IMG/VR virus record: IMGVR_UViG_3300033182_000487
Location: 49,149-113,148 of that record
Reading direction: 5' to 3' (one strand)
DNA from: a virus
Length of the DNA stretch: 64,000 bases
Position 1 is the stretch's first letter, and each line of letters opens with the position of its first letter. A model generated the notes under the pieces. The model was not told the origin of the DNA. It was given only the letters and a program-made list of their open reading frames with translations, and made no database searches. A program made the translations under genes and the position numbers. This document shows positions 27,778-35,925 of the stretch, in pieces.

Positions 27778-29289
27778 ATGGACTGCTCAATCTGTGGTTT
27801 CACCGTCTCCAACGCACGGGGACTCGTCGCTCACTTCCGCCACCAGTCGGACACGCATCCCGACTACAAGGAGTGGTCTGAGGAGCAGAAGTGGAAGGAC
27901 AAGACCGAGGGGGTGGACTTCGTTCGGTGTCGGGAGTGTGGGTTCCGCTCCAAGAGCCTCGCCCGACACTTGAAGTCGGCACATGGGTTCACCGCCGACG
28001 AGTACCGGGAGAAGCACGGGGCAGACGCTCCGACCCGATGCAACAGCACGGAGGCGAAGCGTCGTGCTGGGATCAAGGCGGCTCACGCCCGTACCGACCG
28101 TAAGGGACAGACCAAGACGGTTGCCTGTACGGGCTGCGGGGTGGACACCGAGATCGCTCTGTTCGCTGCTGCACCCACAGCGGTTTGCGGTGCCTGTCGG
28201 GATTCAGTGTGGGAGGGCAAGTCAGAGCCAGAGGACTTCGTGACTTGTCTCGACTGCGGACACCGTGCGGAGAACCTGACCAGCCATGTCACCAACGCCC
28301 ACCCAGACTACCGAGATCGCCACCCGGATGCGGTGATGGTGGCGTTGCGCTCCGCTGTTCGGGACAAGGAAGCCTTGCGGGGTCGTACCTTGTCTTCCGA
28401 GGTGCGGGCGAAGATGTCTGCCAACGCGGGTCGGTGGAACAAGGGCTTGACGAAGGAGACGCATCCCAGCCTCCGTTCGGCTTCGGAGAAGATGCGGACC
28501 AAGGTGCCGTGGTCGAAGGGTCTGACTGCGATGACGGACGAACGGCTCCAGCAGACGGTGGCGAAGTTGAGGCTCTATGTGGGGGAGAGCCGTCCGTGGT
28601 CGAACGGGTTGAAGGCCGACCTCACTCTGGAGGACTTTCAGCCGTTCCTTGATGATGAAGGCTGCGTGGATCGTCGTGCCATCGTGGAGGCCACGGGTCT
28701 GTCATGGCGGACGATCTTCACCTACATGCAGTCGCTTGATCTGGAGACTTCGGACAAGTACATCCGAGAGCGGTCAGAAGACCAGATCATCAGGCTCGAC
28801 CGAGAGGTGTTGGAACAGTCGTTGATGGAGAACGGGAAGGCTTGCATCGCCCGGATCATGCGTGACACCGGGCACTCGTTCTCGGTGGTCAAGAGGGAGT
28901 GCGCCCGACACGGGTTGGAGATGTTCACCCGAATGGGTGAGCAGATCCTTGTGCTGGACGCGATCTCGGAGGCGTTGGGGGGCAAGCCGTACAAGATGGA
29001 GTGGAAGGATTGGAGGTTCGTCAACCCCGCTACAGGTTGGCGTTTCAAGTTCGACGGCTACTTCCCCGATGTGGGGTTGGTGGTCGAGTATCACGGGCAT
29101 CAGCACTACATCTTCCCGAATGCTTGGCACTACAAGCCCGAGCACAAGGAAGCATGGCACGCGATGTTGGAGCGCGACCGGATCAAGAAGGAGATGGTCG
29201 AGGCGTCAAGTGATCTCACCTACTTGGAAGTCCGCTTCGATGACTCGTTGACCTCGGTAGATTTCTACCGGGGCTTGCTTCGTCGGTAG
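27778..29289 (+). CDS. Free-standing homing-endonuclease-like protein: Zn fingers + NUMOD3-like repeats + Vsr-like nuclease
   Basis: C2H2/MucR-like fingers; WNKGLT/WSKGLT/WSNGL repeats; FDGYFPDVGLVVEYHGHQHY...RDRIK; atypical codon usage. Confidence 0.7.
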   Translation: MDCSICGFTVSNARGLVAHFRHQSDTHPDYKEWSEEQKWKDKTEGVDFVRCRECGFRSKSLARHLKSAHGFTADEYREKHGADAPTRCNSTEAKRRAGIKAAHARTDRKGQTKTVACTGCGVDTEIALFAAAPTAVCGACRDSVWEGKSEPEDFVTCLDCGHRAENLTSHVTNAHPDYRDRHPDAVMVALRSAVRDKEALRGRTLSSEVRAKMSANAGRWNKGLTKETHPSLRSASEKMRTKVPWSKGLTAMTDERLQQTVAKLRLYVGESRPWSNGLKADLTLEDFQPFLDDEGCVDRRAIVEATGLSWRTIFTYMQSLDLETSDKYIRERSEDQIIRLDREVLEQSLMENGKACIARIMRDTGHSFSVVKRECARHGLEMFTRMGEQILVLDAISEALGGKPYKMEWKDWRFVNPATGWRFKFDGYFPDVGLVVEYHGHQHYIFPNAWHYKPEHKEAWHAMLERDRIKKEMVEASSDLTYLEVRFDDSLTSVDFYRGLLRR

Positions 29290-29304
29290 TCGTCTGTTAC
29301 TGTC

Positions 29305-29650
29305 GCTTTGCCCGCAAGGGTACCTTCTTGGTTCTCGTAGCCGAGAAGGTGGTAGGGGTTCAATGCCTTCCACCGGGCGAGCCTACTATCAACTTGAGGG
29401 GTGGGTTCCTCTCTTTCCTCCAAGCCTTTGGTTTAGGGGGAGCCTGTCGAGCAAGGTTCTGGCTCGACACGGAGGCTTCAACGCTTCCGTAAAAGGCATG
29501 GGTCGGTCGGGCGTTTCGTGCTCCCAAGATCGACCCGAGACCCTTCGGGGACTCCAAAATAGCCGCCATCGCCATCGCGATCACGGAGTGCGCCTTCCTT
29601 TCGGCACACTCCCCAAACCCCCAGTAAGGTATCGTCCACTGGGGGTTTGG
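29305..29650 (+). ncRNA. Candidate structured non-coding RNA
   Basis: Intergenic with many stems, GCAA and TTCG tetraloops, and a terminal 13-bp hairpin; strand inferred. Confidence 0.45.
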
Positions 29651-29672
29651 TCTATCTGGGGGCTTCGTTCGT

Positions 29673-29687
29673 CGGTAGGGAGCCTAT
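29673..29687 (+). promoter_or_regulatory. Class II motif CGGTAG-N5-CTAT
   Basis: Exact consensus. Confidence 0.75.
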
Positions 29688-29732
29688 GGGCTCACCACAG
29701 GCATCAAGACTTCTCGTAGGAGTGGCCCCATC

Positions 29733-30179
29733 ATGCCCCGCATCATCACCGCCGCTGACCGATCTGCTCTCATTCGTCTGGCGAGCACCCTCCCTGCGGG
29801 CTCTGAGGAGCGGAAGGTGATCCTCGCCGGGTTGAAGCAGGCCCGCGCCCCCCGTGAGAACCAGACGGCTGGTCGCCTATCGGCTGATATGCGGAAACGA
29901 GAGGACGAGATCGAGTTCCTGTCCAGCGCGGGCGGCAAGGTGTTGAAGACCTACAGGAGCGTCTGGATGGAAGCCGCGAGGCTGGCGGAAACCTATGAGG
30001 GGTCGCCAAGTTACTCCCCTGATAGTGATTGGGGTGTTGAACAGGATCAGCGGGAGATCACGAACCAACTTGGTATGCAGGCGGCATCACTGAGGCAGAC
30101 GGCACAAAGGCTTCGGCAGTTGGTTGATGAACTGGAATCCTTCGCCGCTCAGGCGAAGAAGGTCGCTGATTCGTTCTAA
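29733..30179 (+). CDS. Protein with LIRLASTLPxG N-terminal tag + helical domain
   Basis: AGGAG RBS; shared leader, then KQA linker. Confidence 0.7.
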   Translation: MPRIITAADRSALIRLASTLPAGSEERKVILAGLKQARAPRENQTAGRLSADMRKREDEIEFLSSAGGKVLKTYRSVWMEAARLAETYEGSPSYSPDSDWGVEQDQREITNQLGMQAASLRQTAQRLRQLVDELESFAAQAKKVADSF

Positions 30180-30180
30180 T

Positions 30181-30195
30181 CGGTAGCCTCTCTAT
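30181..30195 (+). promoter_or_regulatory. Class II motif CGGTAG-N5-CTAT
   Basis: Exact consensus, about 26 nt before ATG 30221. Confidence 0.75.
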
Positions 30196-30220
30196 GGACT
30201 CCCTGTGGGCAGGAGAGTCC

Positions 30221-31105
30221 ATGTCCCGCAAGACCGCAAAGGCTGACCTGACTCCTGTTCGGCAGCGCACCCAGTATTCATGTATGGCAACCTCAATGAG
30301 CATGTGCCTCCGTGCTCTGGGCCACGAGTGCGACGAGGACGAGGTCAACAAGGTCATGGGCGCACGTCCCATGAAGGGCGCAGCGTGGGAGCAGGCGTTG
30401 GCCTGTGCCCAGCACTACGGATGCCGTGCGACCCTCACGTCACCCTCGACTGTGAAGCAGTTGAAGGAGTGGACCGACGCAGGCAAGCCCGTGATGATCG
30501 CGTGGAACCCCGAGGGCCGCGAGTGGTCCCACGCCAGCGTGGTGTTCGACGTGGACGACGACTTGAACGTCTACGTCGCTGACCCCAACATCCCTGATCC
30601 CGACGAGACTGTCCGGGTTGTGCCCAAGGGCGAGTTCTACAAAAAGTGGTACGAGAAGTGGCCCAACTACCTCGTCCGCCGACCTGCGATGATGATCGAC
30701 CGTGAGATCACCGCTGATGGGAGACAGGTCATGGCGTCTGCCGAGCGCGTGGCCTCGGCCTTCGCCCGCAGGGCTGCACAGGCGCGGATCGACAACAAGT
30801 TGAAGCGCGAGATCAACGCACGGATGCGTCGTCTCGGCCTCGACGGCAACGGACGCTTCCGCAAGCCCGACCGTGGCTTCGCAGCCGCCGTGGACGCCAT
30901 GCAGGAGCACGGAGTCACGCTGGACGGTGTGGTCAGCGCCCGTGAGTTCTCTGCACGACCCAGTGGCACCGTCCGCGCCGACATCGCCTTCATCGACGGC
31001 TCCCAGCCTTATGCGCCGGGCATCACCATCTCCAACTCCATCCTCTATCTCCAGTACACGGAAGTCAGCGACGACCGGTTTGAGGTAGTGGCCTACCTGT
31101 CGTAG
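30221..31105 (+). CDS. C39-like cysteine peptidase fused to a second domain
   Basis: QRTQYSC, WSHASVV, YVADP (Q/C/H/D); then ASAERVASAF linker. Confidence 0.75.
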   Translation: MSRKTAKADLTPVRQRTQYSCMATSMSMCLRALGHECDEDEVNKVMGARPMKGAAWEQALACAQHYGCRATLTSPSTVKQLKEWTDAGKPVMIAWNPEGREWSHASVVFDVDDDLNVYVADPNIPDPDETVRVVPKGEFYKKWYEKWPNYLVRRPAMMIDREITADGRQVMASAERVASAFARRAAQARIDNKLKREINARMRRLGLDGNGRFRKPDRGFAAAVDAMQEHGVTLDGVVSAREFSARPSGTVRADIAFIDGSQPYAPGITISNSILYLQYTEVSDDRFEVVAYLS

Positions 31106-31113
31106 AGGACGCC

Positions 31114-31554
31114 ATGACCACGAAGCACGCGAAGAAAAGCAAGCGCAAGGACCGCACTACCGAGGTCCGCACGGACAAGAAGGATCCCAACAAGGTCCGT
31201 GGCAAGGCCCCCTCTCGTCGGAACCCCCACGCTCTTGATGCCCTGTTGAACCGACCCGCCGGGCCTTCGGACAAGCGCAAGCAACGCACGAAGCGCAAGC
31301 GCAGCGTTCCCCGTGGGAATACCAAGCACAAGAAGGACTTGCGGCGGGAGCGGTACGCTTCGGCTGCTCGCGTGGCGACCATGTACCTGCTGTCGCGGAA
31401 GTCGAACGAACTGATCCGCCTCAAGTACAACAACCTCGGGGATTTCGGGGGCACTGACCCCATCCAGGACTCGTGGATTCTGGAGGTCGCTGGCCCCTAC
31501 GAGGCCATGCAGAGTTGGCAGGCTGGCGGTCTTCCGACCTTGAGGAGGGGCTAA
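31114..31554 (+). CDS. Basic hypothetical protein with RVATMYL tag
   Basis: GAGG RBS; K/R-rich. Confidence 0.6.
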   Translation: MTTKHAKKSKRKDRTTEVRTDKKDPNKVRGKAPSRRNPHALDALLNRPAGPSDKRKQRTKRKRSVPRGNTKHKKDLRRERYASAARVATMYLLSRKSNELIRLKYNNLGDFGGTDPIQDSWILEVAGPYEAMQSWQAGGLPTLRRG

Positions 31555-32138
31555 TGTCCAAGGTGATCTCAGCGCAGCGCGCCTTCACGATGCTTGTGGG
31601 CACTCTCCGTCAAGGGAGTGATCCCAGCCTCGGACCCGCAGGCAACCCCGACGTGACCCGCTCGACTGCCACCATGCAGTACATGCCCGAGGTGGCTGTG
31701 CGTGGTGGACCCCGCACGGTGTCGCTCAACAACGATGCCCGTGGTCTGACCACCTACCGAGGGAACCTCCTGGAGCCCTCCGGTCTGGGTCCACAGAACT
31801 CGACGGGCACTGTCCAGTTGACCTCGGTTGCCTTCGACGGCCCCACGAGCCTGATCCTGGGTCAGTACACGCTGACCACGGACGAGGACTTCGTGGTCAC
31901 GGCTGCCGTCGCCAGCACCACGGCGAACCTCACGACCGCCATCAACTCCTTGCCCGACTACTCGGCTGTGGATGATGGGGTGGACACCATCACCATCACC
32001 GGCCCCGTGGGTCTCACGGGTAACGTGATCGAGTTCCGGGCCGCTGGTGTGTCTCCCTACCACTTCACGCTGGCACCCGCAGACGGGTCGCTTGACGGGG
32101 CCGAGCCCACGATTGGACCCTGGACCTTCACGTCATAG
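31554..32138 (+). CDS. Probable virion structural protein
   Basis: GAGG RBS; TANLTTAINS...TITITG module like sheath/fibre insertions. Confidence 0.55.
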   Translation: MSKVISAQRAFTMLVGTLRQGSDPSLGPAGNPDVTRSTATMQYMPEVAVRGGPRTVSLNNDARGLTTYRGNLLEPSGLGPQNSTGTVQLTSVAFDGPTSLILGQYTLTTDEDFVVTAAVASTTANLTTAINSLPDYSAVDDGVDTITITGPVGLTGNVIEFRAAGVSPYHFTLAPADGSLDGAEPTIGPWTFTS

Positions 32139-32146
32139 GAGATCAC

Positions 32147-32836
32147 ATGTCCGCACCGAAGCGCCAGACGAAGGAAGACCGCGAGTACATCCTCGCCAAC
32201 CTTCCCGGCGGGGTACGGCGCGTGCAGGTCATCGAGCCCAACGGCAAGCAGGTGTACAAGCGCCCGGACGACGTGGATGTGGTCCGGGACCAGATCATGC
32301 TCGCCAGCGACGGGACGCCCATCTGCATGAGGGGCAAGCCTGGCCGCAAGCCGAAGGCTCAGTTGAACCCCGTGACCCCACAGATCGCAGAGGTCGAGCA
32401 GGCCCGGCAGGAGCACATTTCTCAAGACCCTCTCCGCCACGCGGCGAAGAAGGACGCCGAGAGCGACGAGGTGCTCAACGCCATCATCGCTGCCATGGCC
32501 GACGAGGCTGCCGCCATCGAGTTTGAGCGTGGCGAGGCTGCCCGGCACGGACAGGACACCGCCAACCACTCAGCCAAACGTGCGCGAGTGCTCAAGGGCA
32601 TGGCGGACACCTGGTTGAAGCGGAAGCAGCAGATTGAGGGTGGGATCATCGACCTCGACTCCCCCGCCTTTGCGGCCCTGTTCGGCATGATCCTGGAGAC
32701 CTTCAAGGGAGCCATGGCCGACGCCGGAACCCGCCCCGAGCACATCGAGACCATCTTCGCCAAACTGGTGAAGGAACTGGACGAGGACTCGTGGCGTGAG
32801 GAAGCGAAAGCGCGCATGAAGGAGAAGGTGCGCTGA
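32147..32836 (+). CDS. Hypothetical protein, possible terminase small subunit
   Basis: Helical protein two genes upstream of TerL; call is positional only. Confidence 0.4.
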   Translation: MSAPKRQTKEDREYILANLPGGVRRVQVIEPNGKQVYKRPDDVDVVRDQIMLASDGTPICMRGKPGRKPKAQLNPVTPQIAEVEQARQEHISQDPLRHAAKKDAESDEVLNAIIAAMADEAAAIEFERGEAARHGQDTANHSAKRARVLKGMADTWLKRKQQIEGGIIDLDSPAFAALFGMILETFKGAMADAGTRPEHIETIFAKLVKELDEDSWREEAKARMKEKVR

Positions 32837-33024
32837 TGCCGACGAACGTGGTCAAGACCCCCGAGGATGAACGCCTGTGGCAGAAGGCTAAGACCCGTGC
32901 GAAGGAGCAGGGCAAGGCCGACAACTGCGGCTACATCATGGGCATCTACAAGCAGATGAACTCCGACCGCTTCAAGAAATCCGCACGTCGGGTCGCGCAG
33001 CGGTACGCCGCAAAGGCCCGGTGA
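32836..33024 (+). CDS. Small protein with C-terminal RVAQRY tag
   Basis: DERLWQKAK...YIMGIYKQM module. Confidence 0.65.
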   Translation: MPTNVVKTPEDERLWQKAKTRAKEQGKADNCGYIMGIYKQMNSDRFKKSARRVAQRYAAKAR

Positions 33025-33027
33025 CCG

Positions 33028-34989
33028 ATGGGTCTGGCTGACATCGCCGCCGCAGTCGGTCGGCGGTCCTCTACGTCTGACTCCGATGCCGTAGACATCA
33101 TCACGTTCATCGAGGCTCCGTGGGGTCTCGGGCTCAAACTGTTCCCGGTGCAGAGGATCATCCTCAAGGCGCACTATGGAATGGCACTGGACGACAACCA
33201 ACTGGGCATCCCCCTGGACATCCCGGTTGACCAGACGCACCCCCAGTGGAACGACTCGTGGGCCGAGCACCTGGACGACGAGGGCTACTACAAGTGGCGC
33301 ATCGTGGTCACCGACTTCCGCCGCGAGAACACCGAGTGCATGACAGAGGCGGGCTACCTCCGCTTCCTCTACGACGAGGGCCGGTGCAACATCCGGGAGG
33401 TCGTGCCCGGCCACCAGCGCCGGGAGATGGTCCTGTCCGTGGGCCGACGGTCCGGCAAGACCCTGATCACATCGTGCGTGGTCGCCTACGAGACGTACAG
33501 GCTGCTGCTCAAGGGCAACCCCCAGAAGGTCTACGGCTCGTCCCAGAGCAACGTGATCCAGTTGATCTCGGTCGCGACCGACCGGGATCAGGCCGGGCTG
33601 CTGTACCGCGAAGCCAGCGGCCACTTCACGAAGTGCGACTTCTTCAAGCCCTACGCAGCCAACGCCACTCAGTCCTTCGCGACGTTCCAGACCCCGTTCG
33701 ACATCGAGCGGTACGGCTCCTACGCGGACAACCAGAAGGCCAGATACTCCATCAACGTCACCTTCCGCTCCTGCGTGGCGAAGGGGCTCCGTGGTGGTGC
33801 CAACCTCCTGGTCGCGCTCGACGAGGTTGCTCACTTCGGGGAGAAGGGGCAGGCCAGTGCCGACGAGGTCTACCAGGCGGTCGAGCCGAGCACTCGTACA
33901 TTTAGTCCCAAAGATCCAAAAAACCCAACCCGCCCGATTGGTGAGAACGAGGGTCGGATCATCCTGATCTCGTCACCGCTGGGCAAGCAGGGCCTTTTCT
34001 ACAAGCAGTACCGGTTGGGCTTCGGCAACAACAAGGCCGCCGACAACCTGATCTGCATCCAGGCCCCGACCTGGGAGGTCAACCCGACGGTGCCTGCCGA
34101 GACGTTCGTGGCGTCCTACCTCAAAGACCCCAACGTCTTCTTCACCGAGTTCGGGGCCGAGTTTAGCGACCGCACGAAGGGGTGGATCACGGACAAGGCT
34201 GATCTCGTCGCCTGCATCGACCCAGACCTGCGCCCGAAGCACAGTGCCCCTGCCCGGATGCCCCACTTCATGGGCCTCGACGTCGCGTTGGTGGGCGACT
34301 ACACGTCCGTCGCCATCGGACACAACGACGCCAACGGCAACGTGGTCCTCGACTACATCGACAGGATCAAGGCGGGCGAGGGGGACTACGAGCACCTCGA
34401 CCGACTGGAGTTCGACGACGTGGCCGACTGGGTCTATGACCTCAGCCGCAAGTTCTACATCAGCGAGGGCATGTTCGACCAATGGTCCGGCATCCCCATG
34501 GAGCAGGCGTTGAAGAAGCGCGGCCTCTCCACGCTCAAGTCGGTCCACCACACCCGGAACCTGTCGAGCCAGATGTTCCAGAACTTCAAGAACCTCATGC
34601 TCGACAAGAAGATGACCCTGTACGACTGGCCCATCCCGGACGGGGATGACCACTCGGCTCACATCGCCGAGTTGCTGGAACTCCAGGCCGAGTTCATCAG
34701 CAAGTACATCATCAAGGTCGAGGCCCCCAAGGTCGAAGGCAAGCACGACGACCTCTCGGACGCCCTGGTCCGCATGGTGTGGGTCGCCACGAACAACTCG
34801 GCGAAGCGGGTAGTCCTCGCCGGGCACCGCCGAGGGAACATGGGCCCCTCGGCTTCCTCTGGGGCGGGATCACGGTTCGGTCGTGTCCCTACCTCGCTCA
34901 AGGGTCGCTCTGGCTCTCACCCGGACCGCCAGATCCCGAAGACGCGGCGCGGGGGTGGACGAGGTTGCGGCGGTTCCGGTAGGCGGTAG
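33028..34989 (+). CDS. terL: Terminase large subunit
   Basis: VGRRSGKT Walker A, ALDEVAHF Walker B, ISSPLG, MGLDVA and HDDLSDA RNase H motifs. Confidence 0.9.
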   Translation: MGLADIAAAVGRRSSTSDSDAVDIITFIEAPWGLGLKLFPVQRIILKAHYGMALDDNQLGIPLDIPVDQTHPQWNDSWAEHLDDEGYYKWRIVVTDFRRENTECMTEAGYLRFLYDEGRCNIREVVPGHQRREMVLSVGRRSGKTLITSCVVAYETYRLLLKGNPQKVYGSSQSNVIQLISVATDRDQAGLLYREASGHFTKCDFFKPYAANATQSFATFQTPFDIERYGSYADNQKARYSINVTFRSCVAKGLRGGANLLVALDEVAHFGEKGQASADEVYQAVEPSTRTFSPKDPKNPTRPIGENEGRIILISSPLGKQGLFYKQYRLGFGNNKAADNLICIQAPTWEVNPTVPAETFVASYLKDPNVFFTEFGAEFSDRTKGWITDKADLVACIDPDLRPKHSAPARMPHFMGLDVALVGDYTSVAIGHNDANGNVVLDYIDRIKAGEGDYEHLDRLEFDDVADWVYDLSRKFYISEGMFDQWSGIPMEQALKKRGLSTLKSVHHTRNLSSQMFQNFKNLMLDKKMTLYDWPIPDGDDHSAHIAELLELQAEFISKYIIKVEAPKVEGKHDDLSDALVRMVWVATNNSAKRVVLAGHRRGNMGPSASSGAGSRFGRVPTSLKGRSGSHPDRQIPKTRRGGGRGCGGSGRR

Positions 34990-34998
34990 GGTGCCTAT
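34984..34998 (+). promoter_or_regulatory. Class II motif CGGTAG-N5-CTAT
   Basis: Exact consensus, about 26 nt before ATG 35024. Confidence 0.75.
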
Positions 34999-35023
34999 CC
35001 CTCCCTGCGGTTAGGAGACACGC

Positions 35024-35599
35024 ATGGGCACCTTCATTCAGAACTCAAACCTGGACGATGCTGGCGACGTCGAGTTGATGTTCCCCGGCGACCGGATGCC
35101 TGTGATCGCAGGCCCGACCCTCCGCGCCAACGGCTGGAGGGGTGGCATCTTCGTCATGTACGTCACGGGCACGGACGACTTCACCGTCGAGGCCAGCGAC
35201 GGCAACATGGCGACAGGGTTCATCCTGTTCCAGAGCGAGGACTACCAACTGACCCCGCCGGACGGGACGGGTCCGGGATCACCGCAGAACTTCACGTCGC
35301 AGCAGTTCCTCAACCCCACGGGCGGGAACAACGTCGTCACCGTCATCAACGGAGGCACCCGCGCCTACTTCCGGGTGTTTGAGACCGTCGCCTTGAACGG
35401 CGCTGGGGCGAGGGCAGGCGGACCCATCACCTACACCCTCAACGAGGACTTGAAGGTGAGTGAGAGCGGCCTCCTGTGCAACGACTCGGACGTGAACCTC
35501 GCTGCTGCTGGAGTCACGACACCTCAAGTCGTCGGTATTGTGTCTGCGGTGCCCTCGGCTGCCAACGGCAACCGGCTGTGCCTTGACATGAAGTACTGA
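35024..35599 (+). CDS. Capsid decoration/cement-like protein (paralog of 56990..57577)
   Basis: FETV...ITYTLNEDLKVSESGLLCN...VVGIV vs YETL...LTYTTGDELYASHNGYLTN...VMGIL. Confidence 0.55.
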   Translation: MGTFIQNSNLDDAGDVELMFPGDRMPVIAGPTLRANGWRGGIFVMYVTGTDDFTVEASDGNMATGFILFQSEDYQLTPPDGTGPGSPQNFTSQQFLNPTGGNNVVTVINGGTRAYFRVFETVALNGAGARAGGPITYTLNEDLKVSESGLLCNDSDVNLAAAGVTTPQVVGIVSAVPSAANGNRLCLDMKY

Positions 35600-35607
35600 G
35601 GTTTTCC

Positions 35608-35925
35608 TTGTCCCGTCTGCGTGCCACATTGTCTCCGACCGAGACAGACCGAGAGATTCAACTGGCCCTCGACCGAGCGGCCCGTGAGATCGAGTCTGCT
35701 CTCCGCGTGGCGTCGTCCGCTCCCATGGAGAGACATCGCAAGCGCGGCACGTTGAGTGACCTCCAGGGGGCACTGGACCAGATCACTCGGGTTCGGTATC
35801 TCAGCCCGGCGCGTCCCGAGCGCGAGTCCTACGAGGACTGGAAGGCGCGGCATGACAAGCGGGATCAAGAGCGGCGTGCGCGGCGCGAGCAGCGCGCTCT
35901 GAGGGAGCAGACCGATGTCGGATAA
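35608..35925 (+). CDS. Hypothetical protein
   Basis: GAGG before TTG start; fills the gap to the portal gene. Confidence 0.5.
   Translation: MSRLRATLSPTETDREIQLALDRAAREIESALRVASSAPMERHRKRGTLSDLQGALDQITRVRYLSPARPERESYEDWKARHDKRDQERRARREQRALREQTDVG

Noticed and set aside
27778-29650. Group I intron containing the endonuclease
   Set aside because: The sheath gene ends intact before it, no interrupted exon pair is evident, and I could not identify core intron elements; a covariance search would settle it.
29363-29719. 118-aa ORF across the structured gap
   Set aside because: No RBS, atypical codons, and it runs through multiple hairpins and the next promoter motif.
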